Assembly: GCA_024137785.1 (NCBI GenBank)
Contig: JAHRHZ010000026.1
Coordinates: forward strand, 9,974,857-10,038,856
Length of the DNA: 64,000 bases
Direction of reading: 5' to 3'
From: Ginglymostoma cirratum
Taxonomy: Eukaryota
The translations under genes and the position numbers were made by a program. A model generated the notes under the pieces. The model was given only the letters and a program-made list of their open reading frames with translations, had not been told where the DNA came from and ran no database searches. Below are positions 51,562 to 64,000 of this stretch, piece after piece; position 1 is the first letter of the stretch; every line of letters starts with the position of its first letter.

Positions 51562-53319
51562 ATGAACACCCTGACGGGTCCCCATCACCTTGACATCACT
51601 GTAGAAATTTAACATCTGTAAATCTAGGTGAATGCAGTCACTCCCATATTTTTTAAAGAGTAAAGATTAATGTAACAGTGATAATATTTTGCTGTAAAAT
51701 GGCAATAGAGCAACAGTATATGGGGATTGAAACTGCATGCATTAGCTGATTCCCAGTGTGCAGTATTAATCTTTGAGAGCACTCGCTGTTACTGCACTTG
51801 CAAAACTGTACTAATGCTGCTGAACCAAAGATGGGCAGTTCATTTCGATCACAGTATGCAATGGTTAAAATCTATGGTACTTTGTCACTAGAATAACCTA
51901 AACTGCTTGGGCAGGCATTCCCTATATGGAGAAGGCGGTTGAGACTGCCATTTTCTCTTGTTTAACCACCATTTTGTATGGTAATTAAGGAGTAGGAATC
52001 AATGTGTAAAACTGACCTGGTCGGTTCTTGTAAGCAAAAGTCTAAGATTGCTCAGAGTTACTGTGTCTGTTTTCTTATTAATACTGGGGTTGAGGACTGA
52101 ACAAGCAGACAGAGGTTCTGATTTTGAGTTTGTCCTGTAACTGGCTGAATGAATGGACTCAGCTACCTAGAATAATGTTGGAAAAGATAATTTGAAATGT
52201 TACCTGGATTTAAATTGGACTGCTGTTGGGCTTTCATTTTAGTATGCCTCATGCAGTGTCTAGGCAGAATTTATGTAAGATTAAAATGCAATGATTTGCA
52301 GAAAACTAAGGTGAGAGGCAAGTTCATTGCAAGATATTTCCTCTGATCTGGGGCAGGGTTTATAATGCGTTTAAATGAATTTTTGGGAACCTGTTTGGTT
52401 GAAATTGGTAAATTACAAAATCTGTGGTATGTGTATGGCCTAAAATGTGTGACTGGTGTATAAAGTTTAAGGGCTTTGATGCATCTCTACTTATCACACT
52501 AAGTGCAGTTATAAAGGGGAAATGAGTTTTTTGGCTGGAACAGTGTGCAGTCTTGGGTGGTGCAGTGTTTCAAGTAGGACTTGAACACAGGGAGATTTAA
52601 CAGTGAACCTTGTCCTGTCTCCAGCTGATAGCTAATTACTCGATTGTTGTCTAATGCTTAGAACACATTTTCAAAGAGCAAGAAAAAAGTAGTTCCAGTA
52701 ATTTAAATGTGATGATGTCATTGTGCATGAAAGGATGGTAATCCCAGACTGACTGGCTGTGCCAGCCAGGGCTATACTTAAAACATGGCAGGAGGAGGCA
52801 CAAATACCCGCTGTCCAACTTCTTCCATAGTTTACTGAAAGTTTTAAGTTTAGATTATCCTTGAGAGTTGGATTTTAAAAGATGTGCAGTGTGGCGTCAA
52901 CTGTCTAAGTTTTTGTTTGACTCTAACGAAATTCAGGATTGTTAATGTGGTATTTAAACCGTGATGCGCAGTAGATTAATTTAGCATTGTCTCCTCCTCT
53001 ACCCTTTTGCTAATTAGGCACAATGTAAATGCATTATAATAGCAATTTTCACATCAGATATATATTGTTTTCTGAAGTTGAAATAATTATTCCATGGTCA
53101 GTATGTATTGTGGCAGATTTTCTAGCTTGTATTATATGGCCTATTTTGCTGCTAGAAAATACATGACATGTTGGTGCACCAATATCAGACATTGTATGTG
53201 TGAAATGAACAGTTCCAGCTGAACTGTAGTTGGAACTTGCATTCAGTTTCCAGACCAAGATAAATAGAGGTTCTTGAAATTGCAAGAACATAAAGAATGC
53301 AAAAAATTAACATTAAAAT

Positions 53320-53679
53320 GGACGGCATTGTGGTACAGTGGTTAGCGCTGTTGTCTCTTGGTGCCAGGGACCTGGGTTCAGTTCCACCCTCCAGTGACTG
53401 CATGGTGTTTGCACATTCTTCCTGGGTCTGCATGGGCTTCCTCTGCTCTCGTTTCCTCCCACAGTCCGAAGATGTGCAGGTAAGTTGGATTGGCCATGCT
53501 AAATTGCCCAAAGTGTCCAGGGATGTTCAGGCTAGGTAGATTAGGCATGGGAAATGCAAGCCTTACAGGGATGAGTTTGAGGGGCGTGGTGGGTCTCTAG
53601 CGTGCTCCTCAGAGGGTCAGTGTGCCCTCGATGCACTGAATGGCCTGCTTTGACACTGTAAGGATTCTATGATTCTATC
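53320..53679 (+). mobile_element. HE1-type V-SINE, full length
   Basis: tggtacagtggttagc A box and gggttcagttcc B box; homologous to the 18692 copy; tail gattctatgattctat. Confidence 0.9.
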
Positions 53680-53759
53680 AATATTTTGTTGATTTGAGCT
53701 GAAAAGCTACTGATAAGTGGCAGGTAACAAAGACTTAGTCCTAATTTTTGTCATTCATA

Positions 53760-54290
53760 GGATGTGGGTGTGGTTGGCTGCACACAGTTGCATTGAAGTG
53801 GTCTCATCACATCTTGAATCAGTTCACTTTTTCTTCAGTAATGGGTCAGCATTTATTGCCGTCTCTAGTTGCCCTTGAAGGTGGTAATGAGCTGCTGCAT
53901 TGAACTTGGTTGCAAGTATAACGCTGGAGTTCCAGGATTTTGATCCAGCGACACTCCATGAACAGTGGTATATTTCCAAGTTAGGATGGTGAGTGGCTTT
54001 GAGGGGAATTTCAGGTGATGATATTCCAGGTGTCTGTTGCTCTCATTCTAGATGGTAGTGGTCTCAGGTTTAGAAGGTGCTGATTAAGGAACCTTAGTGA
54101 ATTTATTCAATGCACCTTGTAGGTAGTACAGACTACTGCTCTTGCGCAACAGTGGTAGAAGAAGTGAATGGCTCCATGTCCACAAACACTCAAACTGCCC
54201 TATCCTGGGTGGTTTTAAGCTTCTTGAGCAATGTTAAGCTGCATTCATCCTGGTGGGGAATACTCCATAGCAGTCCTGATTTGTTCCTTG
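53760..54290 (-). mobile_element. 3' end of CR1/L2-group LINE
   Basis: Homologous to 28329-28800. Confidence 0.7.
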
Positions 54291-57200
54291 ATACCAGATA
54301 AAACACTAGGAGAGAAAGAGAGCAGATACCAGACAAAACATTGTGAGAGAGTGTGGACGTCAGATAAAACACCAAGAGAAAGTGCAGAAAGCAGATAAAA
54401 CACTACAAGACAGCATGTGCTGGGATTAGAAGACACAGAGAGGGATAACACCCGACACTTCCACTACGCAGATAAGTTCAAACATAGTACTAACTTTATG
54501 TAGTATACACATCGGTAGTAAATAAGTGAATACTGTTTCTAAATGGTTAAAATTAAGAATGGCAGTTCAGCTGGCATACCAAAGTTGCAGTATGTCAGAA
54601 CTCATACCATTTGTGATCCAGGTCAAACATATCTGCAGTAAGTGTTTGAACTTTGAGCAGCTTTAGTTCAGTTAGAGCTAGAAGCTGAACTCCAGACGCT
54701 GCGATGCATTGAGGAGGAGGAATATTATTTGGATCCTTTGTGGTAGGAGTCATGCCTCTTGGAATAGGGTGTTCTGACTTGGGAAGATGTGGCTACAAAT
54801 GAGGCAGGTAAGAGGGTCCAGAGCATAGGAATGTCAGTCTCTGCAATTGTCCAACAGGTTTGAGGTCACTTCAGCTTGTTTGGAGTTGGGCTTGTAGGAT
54901 GAATGAGCTGAATAACTATATGGCACTGTGGTACAGGAACCCATTCAAGCAGGGGAGCCAAAAGAATGTAGTGGACAGCATTGTTGGGGGATTGGAGCTG
55001 TTCTCTGCAGTAAAGGAGAGCTCAAATGTGGTGTCTGCCCAGTGCCAGGGTTCAGGATACCTGCTCTGGATTGGAGAAGAACTTGGATTGGGAGAGGGAG
55101 GATCCATGTAGGCTCCAATGACATAGATAGGATTAAGAAGAGGTTCACATAGTTGGTATGAGGAGCTAGGCATCAAATTAAGAAGTAGAATCTCAAAGGT
55201 GATAATCTCTGAATTATTACCCAGTCACGTGCAAATTGGCATCGGGTAAACAAGGTTAGAGAGAGGAATGTGTGGCTGAAAGGCTGGTTTGGGAGAAGTG
55301 AGTTCTGGTCTGTGGGCACTGGCACCAAATAGGGGAAAGTGGAATCTGTACCATTAGAATGGTTTGCACCTGAACTGTACTGGACTGATGTTCTTATGAA
55401 CTGCATAATGAAGGAGTTAATGAATTTTTAAAGTAAATCGTAGGCGAGTTGTGATGAATTGGTGAGGCATGGGCAACCGAGTAATGAATTAATGTGGAAA
55501 AGGATGCACAGGCAGTGACAGGAAGATTGAGAATACAGATGAAAGCATGAAAGCAGAGCTAGTGAAAATGAACTGGTAGTTTAGGTTAAAGGATAGATTA
55601 GTAGAATGCAAGCATTTAAGGGGATGTTTCAGAAAACGCAGATACCTTCCAACAGATAAGTCTAAGGAATGGACCTGCCATCTGTGGCTAACATTTTTTT
55701 AAAAAGATGGAATTAAACTCCATGAAAAGACTTATAATTATGTAATAGGTGCTGGATTAGAAGATTGGACAGAATTTCTTTTTTTTTAAAAAAGAAAGCA
55801 AACACTAAAAGATTAATAAGGAGGGGAAAAATTAAGGGTATGACCGAAAGTTGGTCAAAATATAAAAACAGTTTCTTGAGCTATCTAAAGAAAACCAGAG
55901 TTAGACTGGTGGTTCTATAGGCAATATCTGGAGAATTAGCGTTGAAAGATAGATGGCAGACAAATTGAACAGATTTTGCCTTGATCTTCACCTGAGAGGG
56001 TATAAATAACCTCCTGATAATTCAGGAGCTGAGGGAGGGAGGAACTTGAGTATAATGGCCAAGGAAGTGGCATTAAGTTAGTAGTTGGGACTGCTAGTTG
56101 ACAAGTCCTTGTGTCCTGATGGATTTTATCTTGAGGTCTTAAAAGTAGCAGCTAGTGAGGTAATTGATGCATTTGTTTTAATTTACCAAAACTTATTAGA
56201 TTTAAAGAAAGTTGTGACAGATTTGTAAATTGTTTAAGTAACGCCTTTATTCAAAAGGGAGTAAGAAAGCCTGAACCTACAGGCCAGTTACTTTAACATC
56301 TGGCACAGGAAAAATGTTAGAAATTGCTATTAATGATGTTATAACAGAACGCTTGATTAAATTCAAGGTAATTAGGCAGAGACTTCGTTAATGGGAAAAT
56401 TATTTAACTAATTTATTATAATTCTTTGGAGTCATTTGTCCTGTGAACTTGTAACTAAGCGGGTGGGTTAGTGGAGCTGAGTCCATGAAAAGATCAACCA
56501 TGATCTTATTGAATGGCGGAGCAGGCTCAACAGGCCAGATGGCCTACTCCTTGTTCTTATGTGAATAAAGGGGAGCCGTTGGGTGTATTATACTTAAGTT
56601 TCAGAAGACATTTTATAAGGTGCCATATCAAAAGTTATTACAGAAAATTAAAGGGAATAGGGGTAACATTGACACAGAATATTGGCTTGCTCACATGAAT
56701 GGTCTTTTTCGGGCTGGCAGGGTGTCACAAGTGGTGTGTCATGGGTCAGTATCAGGGCCTTAACTTTACAAGTTATATAAATGATTTGAATGAAGGAACC
56801 AATGCTATAATAGCTAAATTTGCTGATGGCAAAGATAGGGAAATGAGTTGTGAAGAGGACATAAGTCTAATGTTACATGAGTGGGCAAAGACCTAGCCAA
56901 TAGAGTACAACATGGGAAAGTGCAGAATTTTCCATTTTTGGCAAAAAGTAAAAGAAAAGCATTATCTAAGTGGTGAAAGTTGCAAAGATCTGAGAGAGAT
57001 CTGGGTGTCCCAGTGCATGAATTGCAGAAGGTAAGTATGCAGGTATCACGAGTAATGAGGAAAGCTAGTGGAATATTGTTTTATTGCAAGGGGAATTGAA
57101 TGCAGGAGTAGGGAGATTATGCTTCAGTTATATAAGGCGTCGCTAAGATCACACCTGGAACACTATAGTGGTCACTGTACTGACAGAAGGATGTTAATGC

Positions 57201-57660
57201 ATTAAAAGCAGTTCAGAGAACGTTTACTGGAATAATAACTGGAAAGAGCAGATTACCTTGCGGAAAGGGTAGGCTGGGCCTGTTTCCTCTGGAATTTGGA
57301 AGAGTTAGCAGTGACCTAATTGAAACATAACATCCTGAACGAACTTGACCAAGTGGATGATAAAAGGATAGTTCCTCTTGTGTGAGTAGAAGTAGTTTTT
57401 TCAAAAAAAAAAGGGGGTCACCCACTTAAGCCAAATGAGGAAACATGCTTCAAGGGTTGGGAGTCTTTGGAATTCCCTTCCTCAAAAGGCAGAGGATGCA
57501 AATATTTAAATATTTTCATAGCATGGGAGGTAGATTTTTGATTACGATTTCATCAAGATAGTCAGTGAGCAGGAAAGTTGAGTTGAGGTTAAAATCAGAT
57601 CAGCCAAGATCTTACTGTTGGCTCGAAGGACTAAGTGGTCTACTCGTGTTCCTTGTTTGA
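54291..57660 (+). mobile_element. Decayed CR1 LINE retaining 5' region, ORF1 (Cys/coiled-coil plus SGNH esterase-like) and RT/3' end; nested short CR1 tail at ~56448-56559
   Basis: ICSKCL..ELEAELQTLR.IEE (~54630-54720); VPGFRI and IHVGSNDI (ORF 54928) match CR1 ORF1 LPGA..D / HVGTND; YRPV.LTS (~56278); F..YINDL...IAKFADG (ORF 56699). Confidence 0.85.
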
Positions 57661-58431
57661 ATGTTGTAGGTGGTGGATAGGCTTTTAGAGTTAAAGGATG
57701 TAAGTGACTCACTTGGATGACATCATTGAATGGTTGCAGGTGAGCGATGGTGGATGAGAGAGGATGGCACAGGTTGGCCAAATGTGGCAGCCATAACACG
57801 TCTTCTGGCAGGAGTGGCTACATGTGGGAGTGGAGTGAAAGTAGAGAGACGGAGAGAGATAGAAACATCGAAGAAAGGAACAGAAGTAGGCCATTTGGTC
57901 CTTCAAGCCAGTTCTGCTGTTCAGTATGATCATTGTTGTTCACATCCCATTGGCCCTCATCTGTTGATGTTAAAGAACTGTCTTTTCTTTAGTTGTTGAA
58001 CATAGAGCAGCGTTCGTTTGAGGGCAAGGTTGGAGGGGAATGTGGCAAGCACTCTGTTTTCTGGCACTTCTCTACCAGGTAGAGAGTACTCTCTGGAGCT
58101 TAGTGTAAAAGAAGAGCGTGAACTAGTAATTATAAAGTAGATGAATTTTGTTTGACTATTAAGATGATTCCTTCCAATCATGTATGAAGGAAGTTCTTTT
58201 ATGTTTTGCAATGTCTAACACATTGGGTCCTCCATAAGGCTATTCAGTACTCTCCCAGGCCTTGCAAATGTATGTACAACTAACTTGGGTCAATTTCTTG
58301 AAACAATTTTCACCATTTCAGTGCCTGTAGAAATGAGGTTTGAGACGTATTAGTGTACAGAAAAGCCTGACATAAATACCATTACTCATGAACAGTAGGC
58401 CAATCAATTGTGTTTTTTTTTGGGCTTGTAG

Positions 58432-58683
<252 letters not shown>

Positions 58684-59719
58684 TGAGTTTCATTTGTAAA
58701 TGTATCCTGCAGAAGGGTGTATCTGGCACGGCTCAATGATTTTTTTCAAAGGCTGTTCTTTAGATTTTCAAGAACTGTTTTCTGTGTGCAGGCACTCCTT
58801 TTTAGTTTCACTAAGTCCTTCAGTAGATGGTGCAGTCACTTAGTACCAATATCTTCAGTGATTTTGTTGATATGAAGGATTTAGACTTGCTTAAAAGCAG
58901 ACTAGGAGTAAATAATCAATATCCCTAGTAGTTATCACTGTTTATTAAGTGTGAAGCCACAACATACAAGCATTAATTAAGTATCACCATATAAATTGAC
59001 ACAAGGCAGCAGGCATAAGTTAGCAATAGATGCTTGTTTTAAGAAAAACACACTGCTACATTTAATGTCCTCATCCTGAACGTGTTTTTTTTTTGTGGAC
59101 TGCTGAGGTCACAGCTAACTGTTACATGTTTGTTCTAACTCTGTTGCTGGACTGCTTGCTCCTGGAGCTCCCTTGATGGCTTTGCACAGTATTCCAGTTT
59201 CCTCCAGCTTTTGTTGACTGTCACTCACACCACTGCTTGAATCACAGGCTGCTTCTGTCCTGCATTTGTTGTTATATTCATAGGGATCCTATCAGCATCA
59301 AGCATGGGAGAGAACCAGCCTATGGTTGAAGATGTGGTTCATCATCATTTCCTCCCATTCTGTTTGTGGGGGCAGCTTACCCCAGGTTGGCCTTGAGTAA
59401 CTTTTCTTGGGTGACCTGGGGAGGGTGTGAGGTGGGTGGATTCGCCTGGTGACCCCTGTTGTGAACCCTAGTACCTCGTCGGACTGAGAGAGAAGAATTT
59501 TTAAGGTTCTTCTTGTCTTGCTCTTTAGAGTTCATCTTTGCCAATAGTGGGTAGAAATTTGAGAGTTCAGGATTGTCAAAACTAAGGTATTATTTGGTGT
59601 GTTTGTAGCCTGGTTTAAAGAGACTGGGCGGAACCAGGCTCAGGATCTCACATGCAGTGTATCCTTGGAACTCAGCCCCTAAATTAGCTCTGTTTTACTG
59701 TGACCAGGTGAATGGTAAA

Positions 59720-61480
59720 ACATAGAAACTATGAGCAGGCCCTGTACACCTGCTCTGCCAATCAAATCATGGCTGATCCTTTATCCTCAACCATATTTTT
59801 GCTGTCTTCCCATATTCCTTGATGCCTTTAATATCTAAAAATGTATCTATTGCATCCTTGAATATATTCAATGATTTGGCCTCCACAGCGTTCCGTCGTA
59901 GAGAATTCCACAGGTTCACTACCCTTTGAAGACATTTTGCCTTGTTTCAGTCCTAAATGGTCTACCCCATATCCTGAGACCATGTACCCTGGTTGTAAAC
60001 TCCCCATCCCAAGAAAATGTCCTCCTTGCATCTAGTCTGTCCAGCCCTGTTAGAATTTACACATTTCAAACAGATCTCACTCATCCTTCTAAACTCGTGA
60101 ATACTGGCCCATTCAAACCAATTTCTCCTCAAGGTGTTCTGATATTCCAGGTATCAGCCTGTTGGACCTCTGCTACACGTTGTCTATTGCACGTATATTC
60201 ATTCTTAGGTAGGGAGACCAAAACTGCGTGCGTGCAGTCTCCAGGTGTGGTCTCAATCAGGCCTTTGAAAACCTGCCTGTATACTTTCATCAACTGGTAT
60301 GATAAGCGCACACACATCCCTTTGTACATTAACAATTACCAATATATCACTCTTTAAATAATACTTAAACCTCACACACCACGNNNNNNNNNNNNNNNNN
60401 NNNNNNNNNNNNNNNNNNNNNNNNNNNNNNNNNNNNNNNNNNNNNNNNNNNNNNNNNNNNNNNNNNNNNNNNNNNNNNNNNNNAAAACCAACCTAGGGTG
60501 AATAACCCCAGGTTTGGTATATTGAATTGTCTTTACTCCATGTTTGGCCACCTGCTCAACGTATCTAAATCACCTTGCAGTCTCTTTGCTGCATCCTCAC
60601 ACATCACAGTTCCACCTAGTTTTGTGTCATCAGCAAACTTGGAAATGTTGCTTTTGGTTCCTTCATTCAAATATGTTGCTGAGACCCAAGCACTGGTCTG
60701 ATCCTTGTGGTACCCATCTAGCCATTTCTTACCGCTTGAAAAAAGGCCTGTTTATTCAGTCTTTTCTCTCTCTCAATCAATTTTTGACCCATTGTCAAAT
60801 ATATAACCTCCAATCAATGTACTTTAACTTTGCCCTCTGAGATACCTTATCAAAAGGCTTCTGACTATCCAAATCTACTGGTTCTCCCTTATTAGTTCTA
60901 TTAAGTACGTCCTCAAAAAACTCCACTAAACTTATTTAGCAAATGATTTATCTTTTTGTAAACCGAGGTTGACTTTTTTTTGTCCAACCCCATTAATGCT
61001 TTCCAAATGTCTTATTACAAAATACATGATAAAAAATCTAGCGCTTTCCTCTCTACTAGTGTTAAGCTAACTCTTCTGTAATTCTGGTTTTTTTTTCCCC
61101 CCTCTCTCCCCTTTTAAAATAGTGGGGTTATTACGTTTGCCACCTTTCAATCTGTAGGAACTGCCGGAGAGCCTAACATTTTGGATTATGACCACCAGGT
61201 TTTCCTTTAGTATTGAGATGTAGATTCTTGTGCCCTGGTGATTTGTCACCTTTTAATTCCATTAATTTCAATTTTCTTACTAATACATATTTTCTTAAAT
61301 TAATTTTACGTGAGGTTATTTGCACCCCATTTTGTGATGACAGACCCAAAGTATGTGTCAATTCTTCTACCAACTGTAAGGAACCTTCATTTGTCTTCAT
61401 TAATCTTATCTTCACATTTATGAAGCTTTTTTGATCAGTTTCCATGTTCCCTACAGTTTTTCCCATACAGTTCGCTCCAA
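59720..61480 (-). mobile_element. CR1 LINE fragments spanning a 100-N assembly gap (60384-60483)
   Basis: Antisense CR1 tail at 59720; tcatcagcaaactt (KFADD) near 60627; ORF 61173(-) LMELKGDKSPG. Confidence 0.8.
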
Positions 61481-61921
61481 AACTGGGAAATAGAATAAAG
61501 TTTGTACTTGTAAGTTTCGAGAGCAGGAATTTGTCACTGGAATAAATCCTTTGGTATTTTTTTCATCCTCTGAGCTGAAATCTTAGATGTGTAAATGATA
61601 CTGCTTTACCAAAGTAGCCTCATAATAAAAGCTATGCGGGAGGACTACTGAAAACAGATGGAAAGCCCAGCCAGACCATACCTCGAGCACTGCATCGAAA
61701 ATTGATGCAGTTGAGCATCTGCCTTCCAAATGTGACGTGTGTGAGCTACATACCTACCTGTGCCTGTAGTATCAGCTGGTGTAACTGCTTCACTCAGCTC
61801 ACCTTGTTAGTTCTTTAAAGGGCTGAAGCTGTAATTTCCTATCCCCATGACTTCCTGCTGCCTTGTACTTTTCAGTTATAACAAATTCAACAAGTAACTA
61901 ATATAATTCTTTTCTCGCTAG

Positions 61922-62011
61922 GTAATCAAATGCCACCTCGCCCTCCAAGTGGCCAGTCCGATGGAATTCTGCACCCTTCCATGAATCCATCTGCTATGGG
62001 GCAGGACCGAG
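61922..62011 (+). CDS. ARID1A: ARID1A coding exon (equivalent to exon 6), 90 nt, phase 1-1; missed by the ORF track
   Basis: Acceptor ttcttttctcgctag|, donor CGAG|gtgagt. (G)[29 protein letters not shown](G) matches ARID1[32 protein letters not shown]. Confidence 0.95.
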
Positions 62012-62089
62012 GTGAGTTCTTGACCTAGATTTTGTAGCTGACGTGAAAGTTAGAATAGCAAACCATGTTTAGTTTGTTTACGCTTCTTA

Positions 62090-62345
62090 CAGAATCATAG
62101 TTATACAGCACGGAAACAGACCCTTTGGTCCAACTCTTCCATGCCGACCAGATACCTTAAATTAATCTAGAACTATTTACCAACATTTGGCCCATATCCC
62201 TGTAGACCCTTATGCATTTACCCATCCAAATACCTTTTAAATGTTGTAAATTGCACCAGCTTCAACCTCTTCCTCTGGTAGCTCATTCCATATGCACACC
62301 ATCCTCTACGTGAAAAACTTGCCCTTTACGTCCCTTTTATATCTT
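62090..62345 (-). mobile_element. CR1 3' end
   Basis: Homologous to 45165-45425 and 30860-31157. Confidence 0.85.
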
Positions 62346-63101
62346 GCTGACATTTCTCTCTTGTGTACGCAGGGACATATGGACTAGAGATGCTATACAT
62401 TCACCTTGCAATGCAACAGTTTTACAAATGTGTTGCGATTGGGCACATTTTCTGTCATTCATTCCCCATTTAGAAGGCATCAGTCTTGCTGTGATACACT
62501 TTGAGGGGCCACTCAGTTTGTTACCTGGCTAATTGGAGAACCCCATTTAGTTCTGCGCTGAAGTTTACAGAACAGCAGTAGGTCATTCAGGGTATCACAT
62601 CTCTGCTCTCTCCTTTGATTAGTCCAGAACTTAAATTCCCCTGACCTTTTTCTCCCACAGTCTTGTATCATTCTCAAGTATCAAATGAGCACCTCCCCTT
62701 TTAACATAAGCAGGCATTGAACCTGTAACATTTTTAGCTTGCCTGTATACCCCACAAACTGATTGCACTGCCTGGGTGGATGGTATAGGTTAGACACAGT
62801 GAGTATATGTGATTAAACTTGCAAGTGGGAGACTCCTAAAATTTTACTACAGATCTCTGTTGTCACTTGAATTTGCTCATTGTCGAAGGGCAATTAATTG
62901 GAGTTGTTTCCCTGAATTTAAGTTAATTAGGTTTAACAAATTTCCTTAGGAGAAATATTCCCTTTTTCTTAACAAACCTTTCTTATACAGGTAAGATGAA
63001 ACAAGCTGCTTTGCATAATGCATTACTTTTGCAGTGAATGATGTATTCTGTTGTTAAAGCAGTATCTGATGTTAATCGAACTGTCTTTTCCCTCCCTGCA
63101 G

Positions 63102-63269
63102 GCTACATGCAGAGACCCCCTCAGTTGCCACAGTACAGCTCCCCACAGACAGGGTCAGCATTGTCACCACGTCAGCCTTCTGGAGGTCAGATGCATGCTG
63201 GGATGAGCCCATATCAACAGAATAACTCCGGAAACTATGGGCCTCAAGGTGCCCAGTATGGACCTCAAG
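63102..63269 (+). CDS. ARID1A: ARID1A coding exon (equivalent to exon 7), 168 nt, phase 1-1
   Basis: Acceptor cttttccctccctgcag|, donor CAAG|gtgagt. (G)[55 protein letters not shown](G) matches ARID1A. Confidence 0.95.
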
Positions 63270-63519
63270 GTGAGTCTGATGGATTACTCAAAATTCACGA
63301 GGGCAGTGGGAAAATTTACCCCAAAAGCCCCAAAATACGAGCAAAAATTCAGTCACAGGGACGACTAATTAAAAGAGAGCCTGCACTTCAAAAGGACAGC
63401 CCACTACTTGGCAGCTCTTAAGGGCAACAATGGGTGGGTAACAAGTGTTGGCCTAGCCAGTGGTGCCCAAATCCCATGAATGACGAAATAAAAAGTTAGC
63501 TTAACGTGTGTTATTTGGA

Positions 63520-64000
63520 AAATATTAGCCAATTATAAAGGATGTGATAGCGGGACACTTAGAAGTGCAGAATATGATCAAGCTGAGTCAGCATTGCTAG
63601 AAGGGGAAGTAATACCTGACAATTTATTAGAATTTTTTGAGGAAGTAACAAACAGGAAAGGTGAAGGGGAAGCAGCAGGCATTATGTATGGATATTCAGA
63701 ACGCATTTGGTAGACTGAAGAGCCAGTGATGTCGAATGTAGTACATTACCATGGATTGATTGGCTAACTCAGAAGACAGAATTGGATAAGTGGGGCATTT
63801 TCAAGATGGCAACCTGTAACTAGTAGAGAGGCACTGGGATTGGTGCTGGGTTAACAGTTATTTACAATATATATATTAATGACCTGGTTGAGGGAAGTGA
63901 ATGTGCTATAGCCACATTTACAGGTCACTCAAAATAGGTGGAGACGAAGTGCTCAGGATGACCCAGAGTCTACAGAGGGATATAGGTAGGTTAAGCAAAT
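63520..64000 (+). mobile_element. CR1 RT fragment running off the window end, preceded by a SINE tail at ~63410-63495
   Basis: SQH...LTNLLEFFEEVT and FTIYINDL remnants. Confidence 0.75.

Noticed and set aside
54291-54455. CRISPR-like array of short repeats with spacers
   Set aside because: Eukaryotic intron, the repeat core is only ~12 bp, the spacers resemble each other, and there are no cas genes.
63242-63254. Alternative donor CAAG|gtgccc within exon 7
   Set aside because: Poor +3 to +6 match; it arises from the repeated GPQG peptide, and a consensus gtgagt donor lies 21 nt downstream.

Overview
AT-rich, repeat-rich vertebrate genomic DNA, most likely from a shark or other elasmobranch (inferred from HE1/V-SINE-type and CR1/HER1-type repeats). 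The window lies inside a + strand ARID1A (BAF250A, SWI/SNF subunit) gene. Six coding exons, equivalent to human exons 2-7, can be read with canonical AG/GT boundaries and consistent phases. Exon 1 and exons 8 onward lie outside the window. The introns, including a ~34 kb intron 4, are filled with decayed CR1, L2-like and Rex1/Babar LINEs and tRNA-derived SINEs. Almost all other ORFs in the track are spurious or LINE debris. The most unusual signal is a dispersed family of at least 9 short, mostly palindromic, non-coding elements with variable-length target-site duplications. Their centres carry a minimal hammerhead-ribozyme core (CTGANGA-A-stem-GAAACGTH) of the kind associated with Penelope-like elements, present on both strands in the fold-back copies. 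Other findings are a local duplication with two micro-inversions, a NAGNAG acceptor, an exon whose start regenerates a splice donor, a very short ARID1B-like exon 3, and motif-dense candidate intronic enhancers. Repeat boundaries are approximate and family names come from recognition by eye, not from a database search.
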